Positions 25,979 to 44,465 of a DNA stretch of 64,000 nucleotides are shown here, in pieces. This stretch comes from the human T2T-CHM13v2.0 reference genome, Homo sapiens: NCBI RefSeq assembly GCF_009914755.1, contig NC_060930.1. One strand, written 5' to 3'. The notes under the pieces were generated by a model. The model saw only the letters and a list, made by a program, of their open reading frames with translations. It was not told where the DNA came from and did no database searches. The number at the start of each line of letters is the position of its first letter. The first letter of the stretch is position 1. Both the position numbers and the translations under genes were made by a program.

Positions 25979-27084
25979 CCCACACACCAAAACTCTCTCT
26001 CTGTGTCACATACACCTGCGTGTACTAAGGTCTTAAGTGTCATTAGTAACAAACACAGTCTCTGTTTAAAGATGATAACTCAGTTATTCCAAGATAGGAA
26101 GCTCTCTCTTACCCTCAACACCTGCATAAAAGTGCCAGGGTATTTAAAACAAGTTGCCTGGTATTTATTTCCAAATACCAACAGTATTACTGCTGCAGCT
26201 AGATAAATACCACATGACATGAGGGATAACAAACATTCTGCCATGGCCCTAGATAGATCTGAGTTTACAAAGATTAAGGCAGACAACACTGAGAAACTCA
26301 GGGCAAGCAAAGAAACTAAAGATATGACTTTCTCTCAACGGTGTTAAAAGCTATGGAAAATTTAAAAAATAAGCTTCATAGAAAGCTTTGTAAAAATAAC
26401 CTGGAGAAAGTACAAATATAAATATCAGCATTAAATTAAAGATACCTGGAAGTGGGTGTTGACTCAGACAATGCAAAATTTTGAAACTAGGACTTGAGAC
26501 CAGTCCTTAGAAGGATATTAAATTGGCAGCAACAGGAATGGGCACATCACTCACAAACTTTGAAAAGTTAAAAATACTCTCCTCAAGTAAAGTGATTTTT
26601 ATTAAAGTTCAAAAAGCAGGACTTAAAGTTTCTCTTCTCACATTGTTCTCAAGGGTATTCTTCAGCTTTCACTTTCTTCTTGCCCAAAGGCAAAGATGAC
26701 ATAGCTGTGTCTTTACGAATTTTCATCCACTCTTATAAGAAAACTGAGACATACCAACACTTTCAAAACATTTAAAGATAGTTTTCTTTGAATCTGTGTG
26801 ACCAGGAAATCCAAAATAATACATTGACTCAAAGTCTTGCAATGTTTTGATTCATATCCAAGATCTACACAAAGAACAGCTTTCATTCTTTGAACAAATA
26901 TTTTCTGAATGTCTACCATATGCCAGGCTCAGCACTGGGCACTGGAAACTTAACAACGGTATAGGAGGCATCCACTAAGTATTTTTTGTCCTCATTTGAA
27001 CCAAAATTAGGATGAAATGGGGCAAAAGATGTGAGTTAGTAACTCTTCATTAAAGACTATTTTTAGTATTGTTTTAACTTTTAA

Positions 27085-27390
27085 ATAATTTTATTTTTTA
27101 ATTGATGCATAATAGATGTACATATTTTGATGATACAAGTGACAATTTATACATTCATGTAATTTGTAAAAATCAAATCAGTATAACTGGGATATATATC
27201 ACTTTAAATATTTGTCTGTTCTTTATGCTAGAAACATGCAAATTATTCTCTTCTACCTATTTTGAAATATACAATAGATTATTGTATGTAGTCATTAAAC
27301 TGATCTCTCAAACTCTAGGCTTTATTTCTTCTATCTAATTGTATATTTGTACCTATTAATCAACTCTCTTCATTCCCCCTCCCCCACCTC
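27085..27390 (-). mobile_element. L1MA-type 3' end fragment
   Basis: TTTTTAATTGATGCATAATAGATGTACATATTT...TATTTTGAAATATACAATAG, an antisense L1MA 3'UTR. Confidence 0.75.
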
Positions 27391-30300
27391 CTGTTTTATC
27401 ACTTCAAAATATGATCATAACTCAAACTGATATAGCAAAACTAACTTGACAAAGTAATCAAAAATAAGACCGATTAATATATAATTAGGAATTCAATGTG
27501 TACATGTAAATAAATACTTCTAAAACATTCAAAAACCATTTTTTCTCAACTAATTTACTCCTCCACAATTTTGTGCACACTATTAATTTTAAATTTTAAT
27601 GTACTGAGATTTTAAGAAAATTTTTAACTCAGTTTTCTCCTAAATAATAAAAATTTCCACATATGAGAAACCAAATCCATAAGCTTTGGGGGGCTTCTAT
27701 ACGCTCTTTTGCATTCTGCTCTTCACACTCACATCCCATTTAGAGCCTTGCTCTTAGGTGTCGATTAATTCCAAAGCTGGCTGGGCACATGAAAGTGTGC
27801 AGACATTCAGTGCTCCCACTGGAAGGTTACCTCACAGCCCAAAAAATAAACATTTGCATTCTCACTTAGAGAAATAGAAGAGGATGAGAGAAGAGAGCAA
27901 ATGAAAGTAACTTAAAAGGTGTTATAGCTTTTTAAATGTTCAATCATTTAATCACTACCTTAACAGAGATGTGTAAATTATACTTATTAATACTAAAGAA
28001 AAGACTGCCTTGGCTATAACATGATTTTGTTACATATTATAAATAAACTTTTGTCTGTTGGAATTGTTTTGTGCAAAAGTAAGTGAGCCACATGACAGCA
28101 TTCGTGGTTTTAACAGAAACGTTTTCTGCTGGTGGAAGCTTCTGCTAGAATGTTACTCACACATAAACCACAAGTGCATTTTTTGTTACTAGGGAAAGTA
28201 GAACAGATATGGTGTTAGACTTTGCCTTCCTTTAAAGCCCAAAGAAAGGAAAGATTTCTACTGCCTTAACAGTTTGAAAGCAAGTGAAACAAGCTTTACT
28301 TCCCATAGCATTCTTCTTGTTTAGAACACTATGCAATTCAAATTCACTTTGCAGAAAATAAAACCAGAACATTTAAGAGAAGGAGGGAAAGGATCCTAGA
28401 AGAAAAGACTGAAGGAAGCCATGTGTCATTAATTCAGTTATAAATTATTAGCTGAAAGCAGCCTCTCAGCATTTGTATTTGATGAACAAAAATTGATTGC
28501 TTCAAGGGCATTTCAATCCTTTTGATGTTCCCATCTTTTAGCCCACCACAAATCTGAATCCTTAACAGAATGATTATAGCATTATAGTAATCCTGAGAGC
28601 CAATACTAAAGGATTTGCAAGAGCAATGGAGATCAATAGTTTGAAAAAAGAATGTCTTTTTGAATTGACAGCGCTGTCTCGCCTGATCGTGAACCTGAAC
28701 AAAATAAGTGGAGTCTAAGTACACAAGCAATCTCACAGGCCAAGCTGAGCTGCTGTGATGAGCCAGTTCTCTGAGAGCTTGAATAGGCCTGAGCGCTGAA
28801 TATTTCTAAAGGATTAAACCCAAACTAATGGCAACCCAAAGATATTTTGCAAACAATCAGCTTTCCCCCAAAATGGTTAAGATAATACATTATGGGTCTT
28901 GGTTTGGTATTCAAAAGACTGAGTTCAGCTACAGGTTCAACATTTGCTTTTGCATAGAGTTTGAGATTATGGGAAATTGGATTAGCAGCAACGTTGTCTT
29001 AATGGCCATCTCCTTTGGGCTACTTTGAAATTGAGAATCCCCGCAGTATTCCAGGATGGACTGGAAAAACTACATCCTTAACACATAGCATGTTAGAAAA
29101 CCCAATGAGCCAGAATTGTTTAAAGACACAATTGCCCACATCTATGGGATTTTCAAGTTGTAACATTACTTGATACCTCAAAAGACAGAGAAAGACAGCT
29201 GACTATTAAAGGCTTCTTGAACAATTCAAGGATTAGCATAAAATTATACATAAAGGAGAGTAAGTACAGCAGAGGCACTTGCTCACCACAGTAGGGGCAT
29301 TGTTAGGAAACGCAAATGGACTCAGTGAAAGTGCGAAGGCATCTTAACATTGTCTGAGGGCCCGCATGTTTTAACATTGATGTATATATTTTCCAGTTCT
29401 TTGTTGCCTCAACAAGAGGCCAGCTTAGTCCACTGGAGAAAGAAGTCAGAAGACTTCAGATGGCACACATCTGGAGAACATCCCATGGAAAATTGTGAAT
29501 GGCTAAGTAATCTCTTTCAGTACCAAGACAAGGAGTGGTAATTTATGGTTTAACAGACTACAAAACCTGCCATTAATTCTAACATACAAACTTTAAACCA
29601 ATGATTTGGAAGAGTAAAATACACAACAACAATTAACAGAAGGAAAACAGCCATCCTGAATGACACAAGTTTCACACTTTCAAAGATTGAAAAGAAAAGA
29701 AATCCTTTCTCTAACCGAGTTTATGTTTTCAGCCACCACACAAGACAGCCTTGCCGGCCATTACACTGGTGGGATGGTGCTGATCCTCACATTTCTGGCA
29801 TCTAAAAGAGTGGCTCAAATTAAAAGCATGTTGAAGTTACAATCCTTGAGAGGTGTGCTGGAGCAGGCTTAAACATTTTATTTGGAGGCTATGCATGATA
29901 ACATGTGATCCTTAAAGTTAACCTTTTCTTTCAAGCTGTTTAAAATGTTTTGTAGCTGTTCTTGTCTAAATGAATCAAAAGAAGGATAAGCAGGAACTAG
30001 CATAAATAATAGCTGCCTTAAAAGGGGGCAGCAAAATTGATAGCTCTACAAATGGCAGCCACCTGTACCAGGAAAACTCAAAGAAAGAGAATAAGCATTT
30101 GAAAGAAAGAATAATTGGAGTTGTGACAGCAAAGAATAGCAATCACTCCCCAGAAGGTGTTTAAAAAGCTCTTCTCTCTCCTACTTAATCACTGTTCCCT
30201 TAAGCCCATAAATTAAAATGCAATGTGTATGTTATATGCATTATGAGCATGAATACTCATGTAATCTAAAGAATCTTAGCCCAGCTTGTTTTCATACTAC

Positions 30301-30829
30301 CAGACTCAATTCCATAAATAATATAAGAACAACAAACTCTTACAGTGAACCGTTCTGCATTACATTATCTCACAATTTTATTGAATTGTATTGATAGTCT
30401 GTTAAGACTCTCATATTAGTGCATAAACAAAGACTTGATTTCTCTAACTAAAAAATTATCATTCTTTCCTTTAGAAAAGGTATAATGGATACATCACTAA
30501 ATGTGAAAGAAATTTATAAAAGAATAAAGTACTCGTTGGCAATGTATCCCTGAGAACTTAAATGGTACACATGATGGATGATGGAGTGAGTCAAATGATA
30601 GCTTTGTTGTATTAAAAGAAAAGAAGTCCGTTGTTGGAAAAAGAAATGCACAACCTTCTAATTTTTGAAAGAGTAAGAAATATTCAGCTCTAAGTCTTTA
30701 GTAAATTAATAATTCAATCCAACCAACTTGACTGACATCAACTGGCCTTGTGGTAGGGATTCAAAAATAAAACACTTGAAGGAGCTTGAAATCTAGTAGG
30801 GGTGATCGTTGTGCCCTTGAAATGTGCCT

Positions 30830-31532
30830 GTGCTATCGCAGAAAAATGTACATCGTCTTTGTCCTTAGGTTCCTGGCACAGAGTTCCTAAAACCGTTGGA
30901 ATTTCCTGAGTGATAAGAATGGCTTTTATTATTCATAAGGAACCCCTTTTGATCCTGTCAGAGTTTATGCTAATGAAGTAACTTGCAGTGGGGTCCCTAG
31001 ATAGACTCAGGATAGGGCTAGTCACTAGGAAGACCAAGTGATTAGAACTGGAACTTTCATTTCCTCCCACCAACATCTGGGAAGAAGAAGGACATTAAGA
31101 TTAAGATCTATAAAAACTCTTGACATGTGATGAGCTTCTGGTTGGCAAACACATGGAGGTACTGGAAGGGTAGCTCCCTGGAGAGATCATGGAAGCTCTG
31201 CACATACACACCCCAGCTCCTATATATTGCCCTATGCGACTCTCCCGTTTGGCTGTTCCTGAGTTTTCCTTTATAGTAAACTGGTAAATACAAATAAGTA
31301 CTTTCCTGAATTCTGTGAGCCATTCTAACAAATTATCAAATCTGAGAAGGGGGGGTCATAGAAACCCCAATTTATAGCTGGTCGGTCAAAACACAAGTGG
31401 TAACTCAGGCTTTGTGACTGGCATTTGAATTGGGGGGTCAGTCTTGTGGAGTTCAGCCCTTTAACTTGTGACATCTGACACTAACTCCAGGTAGATAGTG
31501 TCGGAACTGAATTGAATTGTAGAACACCCAGT
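30830..31532 (+). mobile_element. MER21-type solo LTR
   Basis: GGTTCCTGGCACAGAG..CCTAAAACC, GAGTTTATGCTAATGA and CTAACTCCAGGTAGATAGTGTC motifs of MER21. Confidence 0.8.
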
Positions 31533-31769
31533 AGAGAAACAGTTCTATTAGTGCCATTAGTATTATGGTTTTATTATTGCCAATGTCACCTAAAAGCTGA
31601 TCTGATTTTCTATAAATACCTATAATTTCAAAGGACTTTTAGCATCATTTACAAGTGAAAAAGCTATATGTAATCAGTTAAAGAGCAGGGCAAGCCTAGC
31701 AACACTATGCAACATAATCTTCCCCAAATACTTCCCTTAGAAGAATACACAACAAAGGTTATATGTTTG

Positions 31770-32284
31770 TTTGCCTGGTGGGCAGCAAGTCAACATCCAA
31801 GACATTGAGGATGGCAGCAGAGAAAGAACTGAATGGGGAGGTAGAAGAGAACCTCAACTCCACCTCTCCAAGGAGCTGGTTCTAAGGATTTTAAAGGATT
31901 TGCAGGGGGCCGAGGTGTGAGGACTGTTAATTAGTTGAAGAGTGTAGAGTGAAGTCATGAGAGAGAGAGATGAAAAAACTTATTCTTACACTGATGCGGT
32001 TGCTCTGTGGGGGTCTATAAATTGGTTGGCATCAGTCATTCCACTGGAATTCAAGATCTGAAGAACATCTTAAGCAATTCTTAAATATAAAGCCTTATAA
32101 TTCTAACATCAGTGATCCTATCTATAAGACCAGTGGGAATGCAAATGGTCAGTATTTAGTGATACATGACTTTTGGTTACAAGGAAGAGGGCCAAAGTAC
32201 AACCTGATTAATACATAATTATAACTGTATTTCTGTCGAGAACCCGGCATGTAATCCCTGTTAACCCTGTGAGGATGGTTTCCA
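31770..32284 (-). mobile_element. ERV1-class solo LTR (LTR26-like)
   Basis: The reverse complement begins TGGAAACCATCCTCACAGGGTTAAC...GACAGAAATACAGTTATAATTA. Contains octamer ATGCAAAT at 32139-32146. Confidence 0.65.
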
Positions 32285-32684
32285 TAACATGTTCCAAGGA
32301 ACACTAGTCCCAAAAGATGTTCTCTACAGAAAAAAGATTCCATGGTTAATTAGTTTAGGAATTACTAAACTATACACAGATTAGAGAATCACAATATATA
32401 TCATTATATAAAATCGCTTGTGAAAAAAATTATTTAATGAAGAAAAGAGCTTAACTCTCTTTAAATTCAGTATTGCAGCACAGCATGTCTGAACATGCAA
32501 TGCCTTTATTCCTTACACCATTAACATCCTTGAAAACAAGAGTTCTCGGGAAAATACTTTGGGAAATTTCTGTGGATCATCCTCAAGGACCAGTTTCTGA
32601 GCCAGACCAAAGCAGTGATTTCCTTTGCTCTGAGATTCTATCTCAATTGATACCAGAAACATTACATCACTTTTTTCTTTCTTA

Positions 32685-32972
32685 AGCTTTTATTTTAAGT
32701 TCAGGGGTACATGTGCAGGTTTGTTACATAGGTAATCTTGTGTCATAGGGGTTTGTTGTATAGATTATTTCATCACCCAGGTATTAAGCCCAGTACCCAT
32801 CTGTTATTTTTCCTGATCCTCTCCCTCCTCCCACCCTTCACCCTCTAATAGTCCCTAGTGTCTGTCATTTCCCTCTATATGTCCATGTGTTCTCATAATT
32901 TAGCTCCCACTTAGAAGTGAGAACATAACAGCATTTGGTTTTCTGTTGCTTTGTTAGTTTGCTAATGATAAT
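32685..32972 (-). mobile_element. Short L1PA11-14-like 3' end
   Basis: TTTTAAGTTCAGGGGTACATGTGCAGGTTTG...CATCACCCAGGTATTAAGCC, an antisense 3'UTR. Confidence 0.85.
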
Positions 32973-33940
32973 CTTTCTTAAACATGAGTTAGCACAAACC
33001 ATTTCAAATATTCTTCACAGATTTAGAGACATCCCTCAAAACCTGGGTTAGAAATAAATGAATTAATCAATTATTTCTTAAACGTTCAGCACAACTATAA
33101 AATTAGACTAATTCCAAATTTACATAACTAAAGAAAATGAACCGTTCGGTGTTCCAAATGTTAACAAAAATTTAACTGGTTGAAACACACATGGAGATTG
33201 AGTTTCACTGCATAAAAATAGAACAGCAATAGAATAACAGAAGGCCACAAAGGAGTGGCAGGGGCCTGTGGGTGATGGCAGTGGACTTGTGCACTTGATT
33301 TGAGATCATCGCTGATGAGAACCAGGAGTCTTTAAGGTGTTTGGATGCTTCTCTGCTACGTTAAATGAAAACAGCATTAGTTATATAGATGGAGATTTCT
33401 TCATGAAACTGAAGGCCAAGAATGCAACTGGACTGCACACCAGGAAGCATCCTGGAGGTCAGCTGTCTTCTAATCTCTCTAAACTGCATCTTGGCTTCTT
33501 TCTACCGTCTACTCCCTTCCTCTTCTCTCTCTCTCTCTGCAGACAGGCCTTTCTCCACTCCTCACCCATGACTCATGGCAGCCTCTGGCCTCCAGGTCTA
33601 CATGTTCAGCCACATGAAGTAACTAGAGGTCTAGTTTCAAAGCCAAATCATTGAAAGAAACAATGTGTCTGGTCCGTTGCAGATCAGCCGTCTTGACAAC
33701 GCTGGCTAAAGACAGAAATAAAGATGCACATAAAGATGACCTCCAAGAGCCCACCCTGTGAAGCTGAAGCGTAGTTAACCAAAGAACCAGAGATAGCCCA
33801 TGGATGAAGGAATGCTCTCCGAAAATGTCCACTGAAGGTATTGAAGCTGTGGTTTAGCAATTTATTATTTCAGAAAACAGACAGGGTTATAGTCTTATAC
33901 ATGTAGGAAGACTGGCAAATGCCATTACTAATACTAATAA

Positions 33941-34418
<478 letters not shown>

Positions 34419-34456
34419 AAAAAATGCTTTAAACATTACCTTTAAGATATGTTTCC

Positions 34457-35362
34457 GAGGGAGGAGCCAAGATGGCCGAATAGGAACAGCTCCGGTCTAC
34501 AGCTCCCAGCGTGAGCGACGCAGAAGACGGTGATTTCTGCATTTCCATCTGAGGTACCGGGTTCATCTCACTAGGGAGTGCCAGACAGTGGGCACAGGTC
34601 AGTGGGTGCACGCACCGTGCGTGAGCCGAAGCAGGCGAGGCATTGCCTCACTTGGGAAGCGCAAGGGGTCAGGGAGTTCCCTTTCCGAGTCAAAGAAAGG
34701 GGTGACAGACGGCACCTGGAAAATCGGGTCACTCCCACCGGAATACTGCGCTTTTCCGACCGGCTTAAAAACCGGCGCACGACGAGATTATATCCCACAC
34801 CTGGCTTGGAGGGTCCTAAGCCCACGGAGTCTCGCTGATTGCTAGCACAGCAGTCTGAGATCAAACTGCAAGGCGGCAGCGAGGCTGGGGGAGGGGCGCC
34901 CGCCATTGCCCAGGCTTCATTAGGTAAACAAAGCAGCCGGGAAGCTCCGACGGGGCGGAGCCCATTACAGCTCAAGGAGACCTGCCTGCCTCTGTAGGCT
35001 CCACCTCTGGGGGCAGGGCACAGACAAACAAAAAGACAGCAGTAACCTCTGCAGACTTAAATGTCCCTGTCTGACAGCTTTGAAGAGAGCAGTGGTTCTC
35101 CCAGCACCCAGCTGGAGATCTGAGAACGGGCAGACTGCCTCCTCAAGTGGGTCCCTGACCCCTGACCCCTGAGCAGCCTAACTGGGAGGCAGCCCCCCAG
35201 CAGGGGCACACTGACACCTCACACGGCAGGGTATTCCAACAGACCTGCAGCTGAGGGTCCTGTCTGTTAGAAGGAAAACTAACAAACAGAAAGGACATCC
35301 ACACCAAAAACCCATCTGTACATCACCATCATCAAAGACCAAAAGTAGATAAAACCACAAAG
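34457..35362 (+). promoter_or_regulatory. L1 5'UTR: CpG-rich sense and antisense promoter, YY1 site intact
   Basis: YY1 motif AAGATGGCC at 34469-34477. Many CpGs retained. Follows the known L1 5'UTR architecture. Confidence 0.8.
34571..34906 (-). CDS. ORF0: L1 antisense ORF0, open, C-terminally extended (111 aa)
   Basis: MAGAPPPASLPPCSLISDCCASNQRDSVG... starts at the ATG at 34906, within ORF-track entry 34571..34975. Confidence 0.7.
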   Translation of the reverse strand: MAGAPPPASLPPCSLISDCCASNQRDSVGLGPSKPGVGYNLVVRRFLSRSEKRSIPVGVTRFSRCRLSPLSLTRKGNSLTPCASQVRQCLACFGSRTVRAPTDLCPLSGTP

Positions 35363-36380
35363 ATGGGGAAAAAACAGAACAGAAAAACTGGAAACTCTAA
35401 AAAGCAGAGCGCCTCTCCTCCTCCAAAGGAACGCAGTTCCTCACCAGCAACGGAACAAAGCTGGATGGAGAATGACTTTGACGAGCTGAGAGAAGAAGGC
35501 TTCAGATGATCAAATTACTCTGAGCTACGGGAGGACATTCAAACCAAAGGCAAAGAAGTTGAAAACTTTGAAAAAAAATTTAGAAGAATGTATAACTAGA
35601 ATAACCAATACAGAGAAGTGCTTAAAGGAGCTGATGGAGCTGAAAACCAAGGCTCGAGAACTACGTGAAGAATGCAGAAGCCTCAGGAGCCAATGCGATC
35701 AACTGGAAGAAAGGGTATCAGGGATGGAAGATGAAATGAATGAAATGAAGCAAGAAGGGAAGTTTAGAGAAAAAAGGATAAAAAGAAATGAGGAAAGCCT
35801 CCAAGAAATATGGGACTATGTGAAAAGACCAAATCTACGTCTGATTGGTGTACCTGAAAGTGATGGGGAGAATGGAACCAAGTTGGAAAACACTCTGCAG
35901 GATATTATCCAGGAGAACTTCCCCAATCTAGCAAGGCAGGCCAACGTTCAGATTCAGGAAATACAGAGAACGCCACAAAGATACTCCTCACGAAGAGCAA
36001 CTCCAAGACACATAATTGTCAGATTCACCAAAGTTGAAATGAAGGAAAAAATGTTAAGGGCAGCCAGAGAGAAAGGTCGGGTTACCCTCAAAGGAAAGCC
36101 CATCAGACTAACAGCGGATCTCTCAGCAGAAACCCTACAAGACAGAAGAGAGTGGGGGCCAATATTCAATATTCTTAAAGGAAAGAATTTTCAACCCAGA
36201 ATTTCATATCCAGCCAAACTAAGCTTCATAAGTGAAGGAGAAATAAAATACTTTACAGACAAGCAAATGCTGAGAGATTTTGTCACCACCAGGCCTGCCC
36301 TAAAAGAGCTCCTGAAGGAAGCGCTAAACGTGGAAAGGAACAACCGGTACCAGCCGCTGCAAAATCATGCCAAAATGTAA
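35363..36380 (+). pseudogene. L1 ORF1p, disabled
   Basis: ATG at 35363. Nonsense TGA at codon 49 (35507-09). +1 A in the run at 35571-78 (length 1018 vs 1017). Confidence 0.93.
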
Positions 36381-36428
36381 AGACCATTGAGACTAGGAAG
36401 AAACTGCATCAACTAACGAGCAAAATAA

Positions 36429-40265
<3,837 letters not shown>

Positions 40266-40504
40266 ACAATGAGATCACATGGACACAGGAAGGGGAATAT
40301 CACACTCTGGGGACTGTTGTGGGGTGGGGGGAGGGGGGAGGGATAGCACTGGGAGATATACCTAGTGCTAGATGACGAGTTAGTGGGTGCAGTGCACCAG
40401 CATGGCACATGTATACATATGTAACTAACCTGCACAATGTGCACATGTACCCTAAAACTTAAAGTATAATAATAAAAAAAAAGATATGTTTCCACTTCAA
40501 AATA

Positions 40505-40700
40505 ATTGCTAACATGTTCTGAGACTGTATTCTAAGCCTTTTAGGTGTAGTAGCTCAATTAATAATCCAGCAACCCTATCTATGATAAGGTATTAGTTTC
40601 ATCTCCACTTTACAAATGATGCAACTGAGGCTTAGAGTGATCAAGAAAATTTTCAAGGGTCACAGAGCTAGAAAATGGCAGAGCCAGGGCTTCAACCAAA
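40505..40700 (-). mobile_element. MIR
   Basis: ACTTTACAAATGATGCAACTGAGGCTTAGAG...GGTCACAGAGCTAG, antisense core. Confidence 0.75.
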
Positions 40701-43700
40701 AAAACCACACTGGAACCCTCAGAATAATAAGTCTGTCCAATCCAGAGTCCAGGAGAGGGAGAAACTGAGGCTGCCTGGAGCTGCATAGTCACATGAATGT
40801 TGCTTCAACATTAGTAGGTATCACCTACCTTCCTCATAAAATAAATATACTCAAACTTAAAAATGAAATTTAAATAATTGCACTAACAAAGGCTCAAAAC
40901 ATACAAAATTCACCAGCTACTCAACACTAAACGTTATTGCCTTAGAAAACTGTTAAGCACACATGCTCTGCACCATATGTAGAGAGATACTCATTCCACA
41001 GGTCCTGAGAGTTAAATTTTTTCCTCGTTTCATATGAATTGAGAAGAATTAAAAGAGTTTGTGTTGGGGTGAAAAGCTTTCCAGGCAGGTTTTGTTCACT
41101 GAAGTTAAAGGACAGTTAATTTTAAAATATGTGCACTTAAGAACAGCGTTTGATCTGCCAACAAATAAACCAAGAATTTTCAGTAAAATGGAAAAAGTTT
41201 TAAGGTCTGGAAGTGATATAAAATTGTCTTGAAAAATAAAATGTTTCAGTTGTTTGATAGCTGCTTGGTGCCAGTTCTGATAGACACTCTAGGATCCAGA
41301 GATTTCCCAAACCAGGGGCATATGGCAGAGAATTGTTATATAGAGAGGTTTGATCTAGTACTCTACCACCCTGTCAGCATTCAGCAGTTAGTAGATACTT
41401 GAATGTTAGTTTTCATCTAGCCTTAGTTGGAAGGAAGAGAAGATCTTGAAGTTCCAAAGCAAAACTTCTAAAGTTCTCTGTGCCTTTCAAAGTCACTGTT
41501 GCTACCTCTGCACACACTTCCCAGTAACCTGGGTGGGCTTTCTCATGGATGGGCTCACATTGCTCTCAAAGAGCACAGATGCTGTCAATTAAAGCAATGA
41601 CTCTCAACGAAACAAGTCTACTCTTAGCTATACTGTTCTGTGCATGGAACTGCAAAGGCAACAAGAATTCTAATAGCTGGGATGGGAAAATAAAAGTTCA
41701 AAGATTAGGAGAAGCTACGGCTAGAAACAAATTCAAGGAGAGTGATGTAGGGCTGAACAGCAGCATCCAGTGAGAGCAGAAACCTGAATGTGATTATCTC
41801 AGGGCTTCCTAAGGGAAGAAACTGACTGGAATGTGAGGGAGAAGAAGGCACAGTGGGAAGCCCTAAAATACACTTTCCTTCTCTGGTCCTCAGCAAATGA
41901 GCCTCAACATCATCCCCAGACATCAGAGTTAAGTACCCTGAAAAGCTCCACTTCAAAATAAGAAGGAATATGAGTTAGAGAAACTCAGTTTGTTGAGTAT
42001 AAATTATTCACAGCCTTATTAGAAATAAAATGTTCTTGTTAATAAAGCACGCTGGTTATCACATATGCTGTGTATGGATTACCGTTTTTCACAGATATGA
42101 ATGAAAAAAGGACACTCACTGCCTTAAATGGAATAAACTTGGTTTTTTTTTTTTCCCTTAATGGTGTGCAGGCCCTTGAGGATCCCATTCTGTACAAGCA
42201 CAACATCATTTAACATCATTTATCATGCAGCTGAAGATGTGTGAAATTGCTAGTTAACACAATTCCCTTTGATGGTCTGTCAGATTAAAAACCAGTTCTC
42301 ACTGTTTGCAATATGTGTTCTATATATAAATTAATATATTATAACTGAAGTCAAAACCACAGCTAATATTGACATTGCTGTATTATTAGGCGAGGGTCCA
42401 TTACATGTTCAGGAACTCCAAGTTGCTGCCTTGCACAGATAACACCCACACTAACCAGCTCCTCGTTTCCCTCCCTCTCTCTCCTTTCCTCTTCTTGAGT
42501 AGCCCTTTGAGTACTTTCACATCTTACTCCTTTTTAACTTGGCCTGCTTTCCTTATTATGCCTTTCTTATGTTCCTGTGGGTTAGAGCATATATTCTTCA
42601 AATTAGAATGTAAAAATCAGTCCAGAATGAGTCAATCGATAGAATGTGCTAGAATTACTACTGGAATTATAGAGGAGGGAGAGAAAGGAGAGAAGGATTT
42701 AACGCTTTGCAAAAAAACCAACCTTCTCTATAAGCAGAAAGCATAACCCATTAGCATTCCAAACAGGCTGTGCAAAGCTTTCAAATGGCAGGGCTGAGCT
42801 GGTCCTGCCCCTCTCCCCACACACACACATCCCAGGGGTATCTCCAACCTGGAGCCTCCACACACACGGCTGGCACAGCATCTGGAATTTTATCACCGTT
42901 GCAGAGAGAGGATCTGGATGGACCCACTGCTGGTTACTCCAAATTTTTCTCTGACTGAACGGCTTGATATGCATTAACTCGCATGGTATTCTTTGTAGTT
43001 GATTTTTGCAGATATTTGCTCTTTCGACACATTTGTATTACAAAGAGGAACATATGGTCCTCAAAAAACCATTTCTATATGTATACATTCCAGAGTTTTC
43101 AGATCTTTTTTGTTTCTAATTTAGCTTTTAAAAAAACTTCTTTTTTTACACTTTAAAGATGGTTTTTCTACAAGGACCACATATAATCATACTTAAAATT
43201 CCTTAAAGTCAGTGGCGTTTTAGTGAGCATATTTTATGTAGGTGACAAATACATAAGACAAATACCTAAGACAAACAGACAAGAGGCTTAAGAAAGAAGA
43301 AATACAAATAATGTATTACCACGGAGTAAAAGTATAGACGGCTGCATTTTTGTCTGTAGAATGGCTATCCCTTAACTGGCATTTCCTCTATTCACCCAAA
43401 TTCAAACAGACCACCTCTACCATCTCGACCAGGATCCTGGTGTTTTAAAGGCTATTCTCCTTTGATAGCTGGAGTACAGAGAGAAATGTGGAAGATGTGG
43501 ACTAATGGGAATAAAAAGTAATCCTGCCAAATAAAAAAAAAACAAAAAAAATGGGTAGACATGATATGACATGTCTCAGTGGAGGTATTCTGGCCCAGCT
43601 GGGAAAGAAAACTATAAAGATGATGCATATGTATTTACATTGCTATAAGTGCTACAATAATTATTCAGTGACCTAAGGACTGAGGTTTTCAGCTATGAAA

Positions 43701-44059
43701 ATTATAGTTACTTGTTGCTACTTATCACAAGATTTTTAAAAATGATGATTAGAGCAAAAACTTAGCTGAAGCTCACTTCACTCCATGATTTACTTCTTTA
43801 AAGCAAAATTAATGATAACATGATATGTTTTATAAACAAATGCCAAAGCAAAATGGACAAATGCATGAACTTCAAGGCCATTCTCCCCAGCTTTCAATCC
43901 TGGTGCTATCACTCATTATCTGGTGGCCTTGGTTAAGTGACTTAACCTCTCTATGCTTCAGTCTTTGGCATTTAATTAACAGACAATAGATGTTGCCACT
44001 TTTATTATTTTGACTCATTTTTGTATTAGCAAATATATAAACACTTATACTAACTGGTT

Positions 44060-44465
44060 TAGGTGGGGGTAAGTAATGTTAACTAATATAACAAACTCCA
44101 AAATTTAAATTAGCTTAACACAACAAAAGTATTTCACACTCCTGCCAAAGGACAGAGTGTGGAGATAGTTTTACTCACCAATGTGGGAGCTAGGTTCCAC
44201 CTATTTGGTAGTTGTAGTTTCTTCATATTCTATGGCCTTGGTGTCCATCACTGGATCTCCTGCATCCAGTCTGCAGAAAGAAAGCTCAGGAAAATGCAGA
44301 GGATTTAGAAGCCAGGCCTACAAGAAGCTTGCATCATGTCCACCACATTTTATTCTCCAAGACTTAATTATGGCCCCATCTGGATACAAGGGGGCTAGAA
44401 AATATAGTCTTATAGTATGCCAGAAAAAAGAGGAGAAAATAGATTCTGGAGAGCACCACACGTTT
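44060..44465 (-). mobile_element. Old MLT1(J/K)-type LTR, probably splitting a MIR (43880-43965 and 44640-44715)
   Basis: AGCTTAACACAACAAAAG...ACAAGGGGGCTAGAAAATATAGTC motifs, with MIR halves on either side. Confidence 0.6.
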
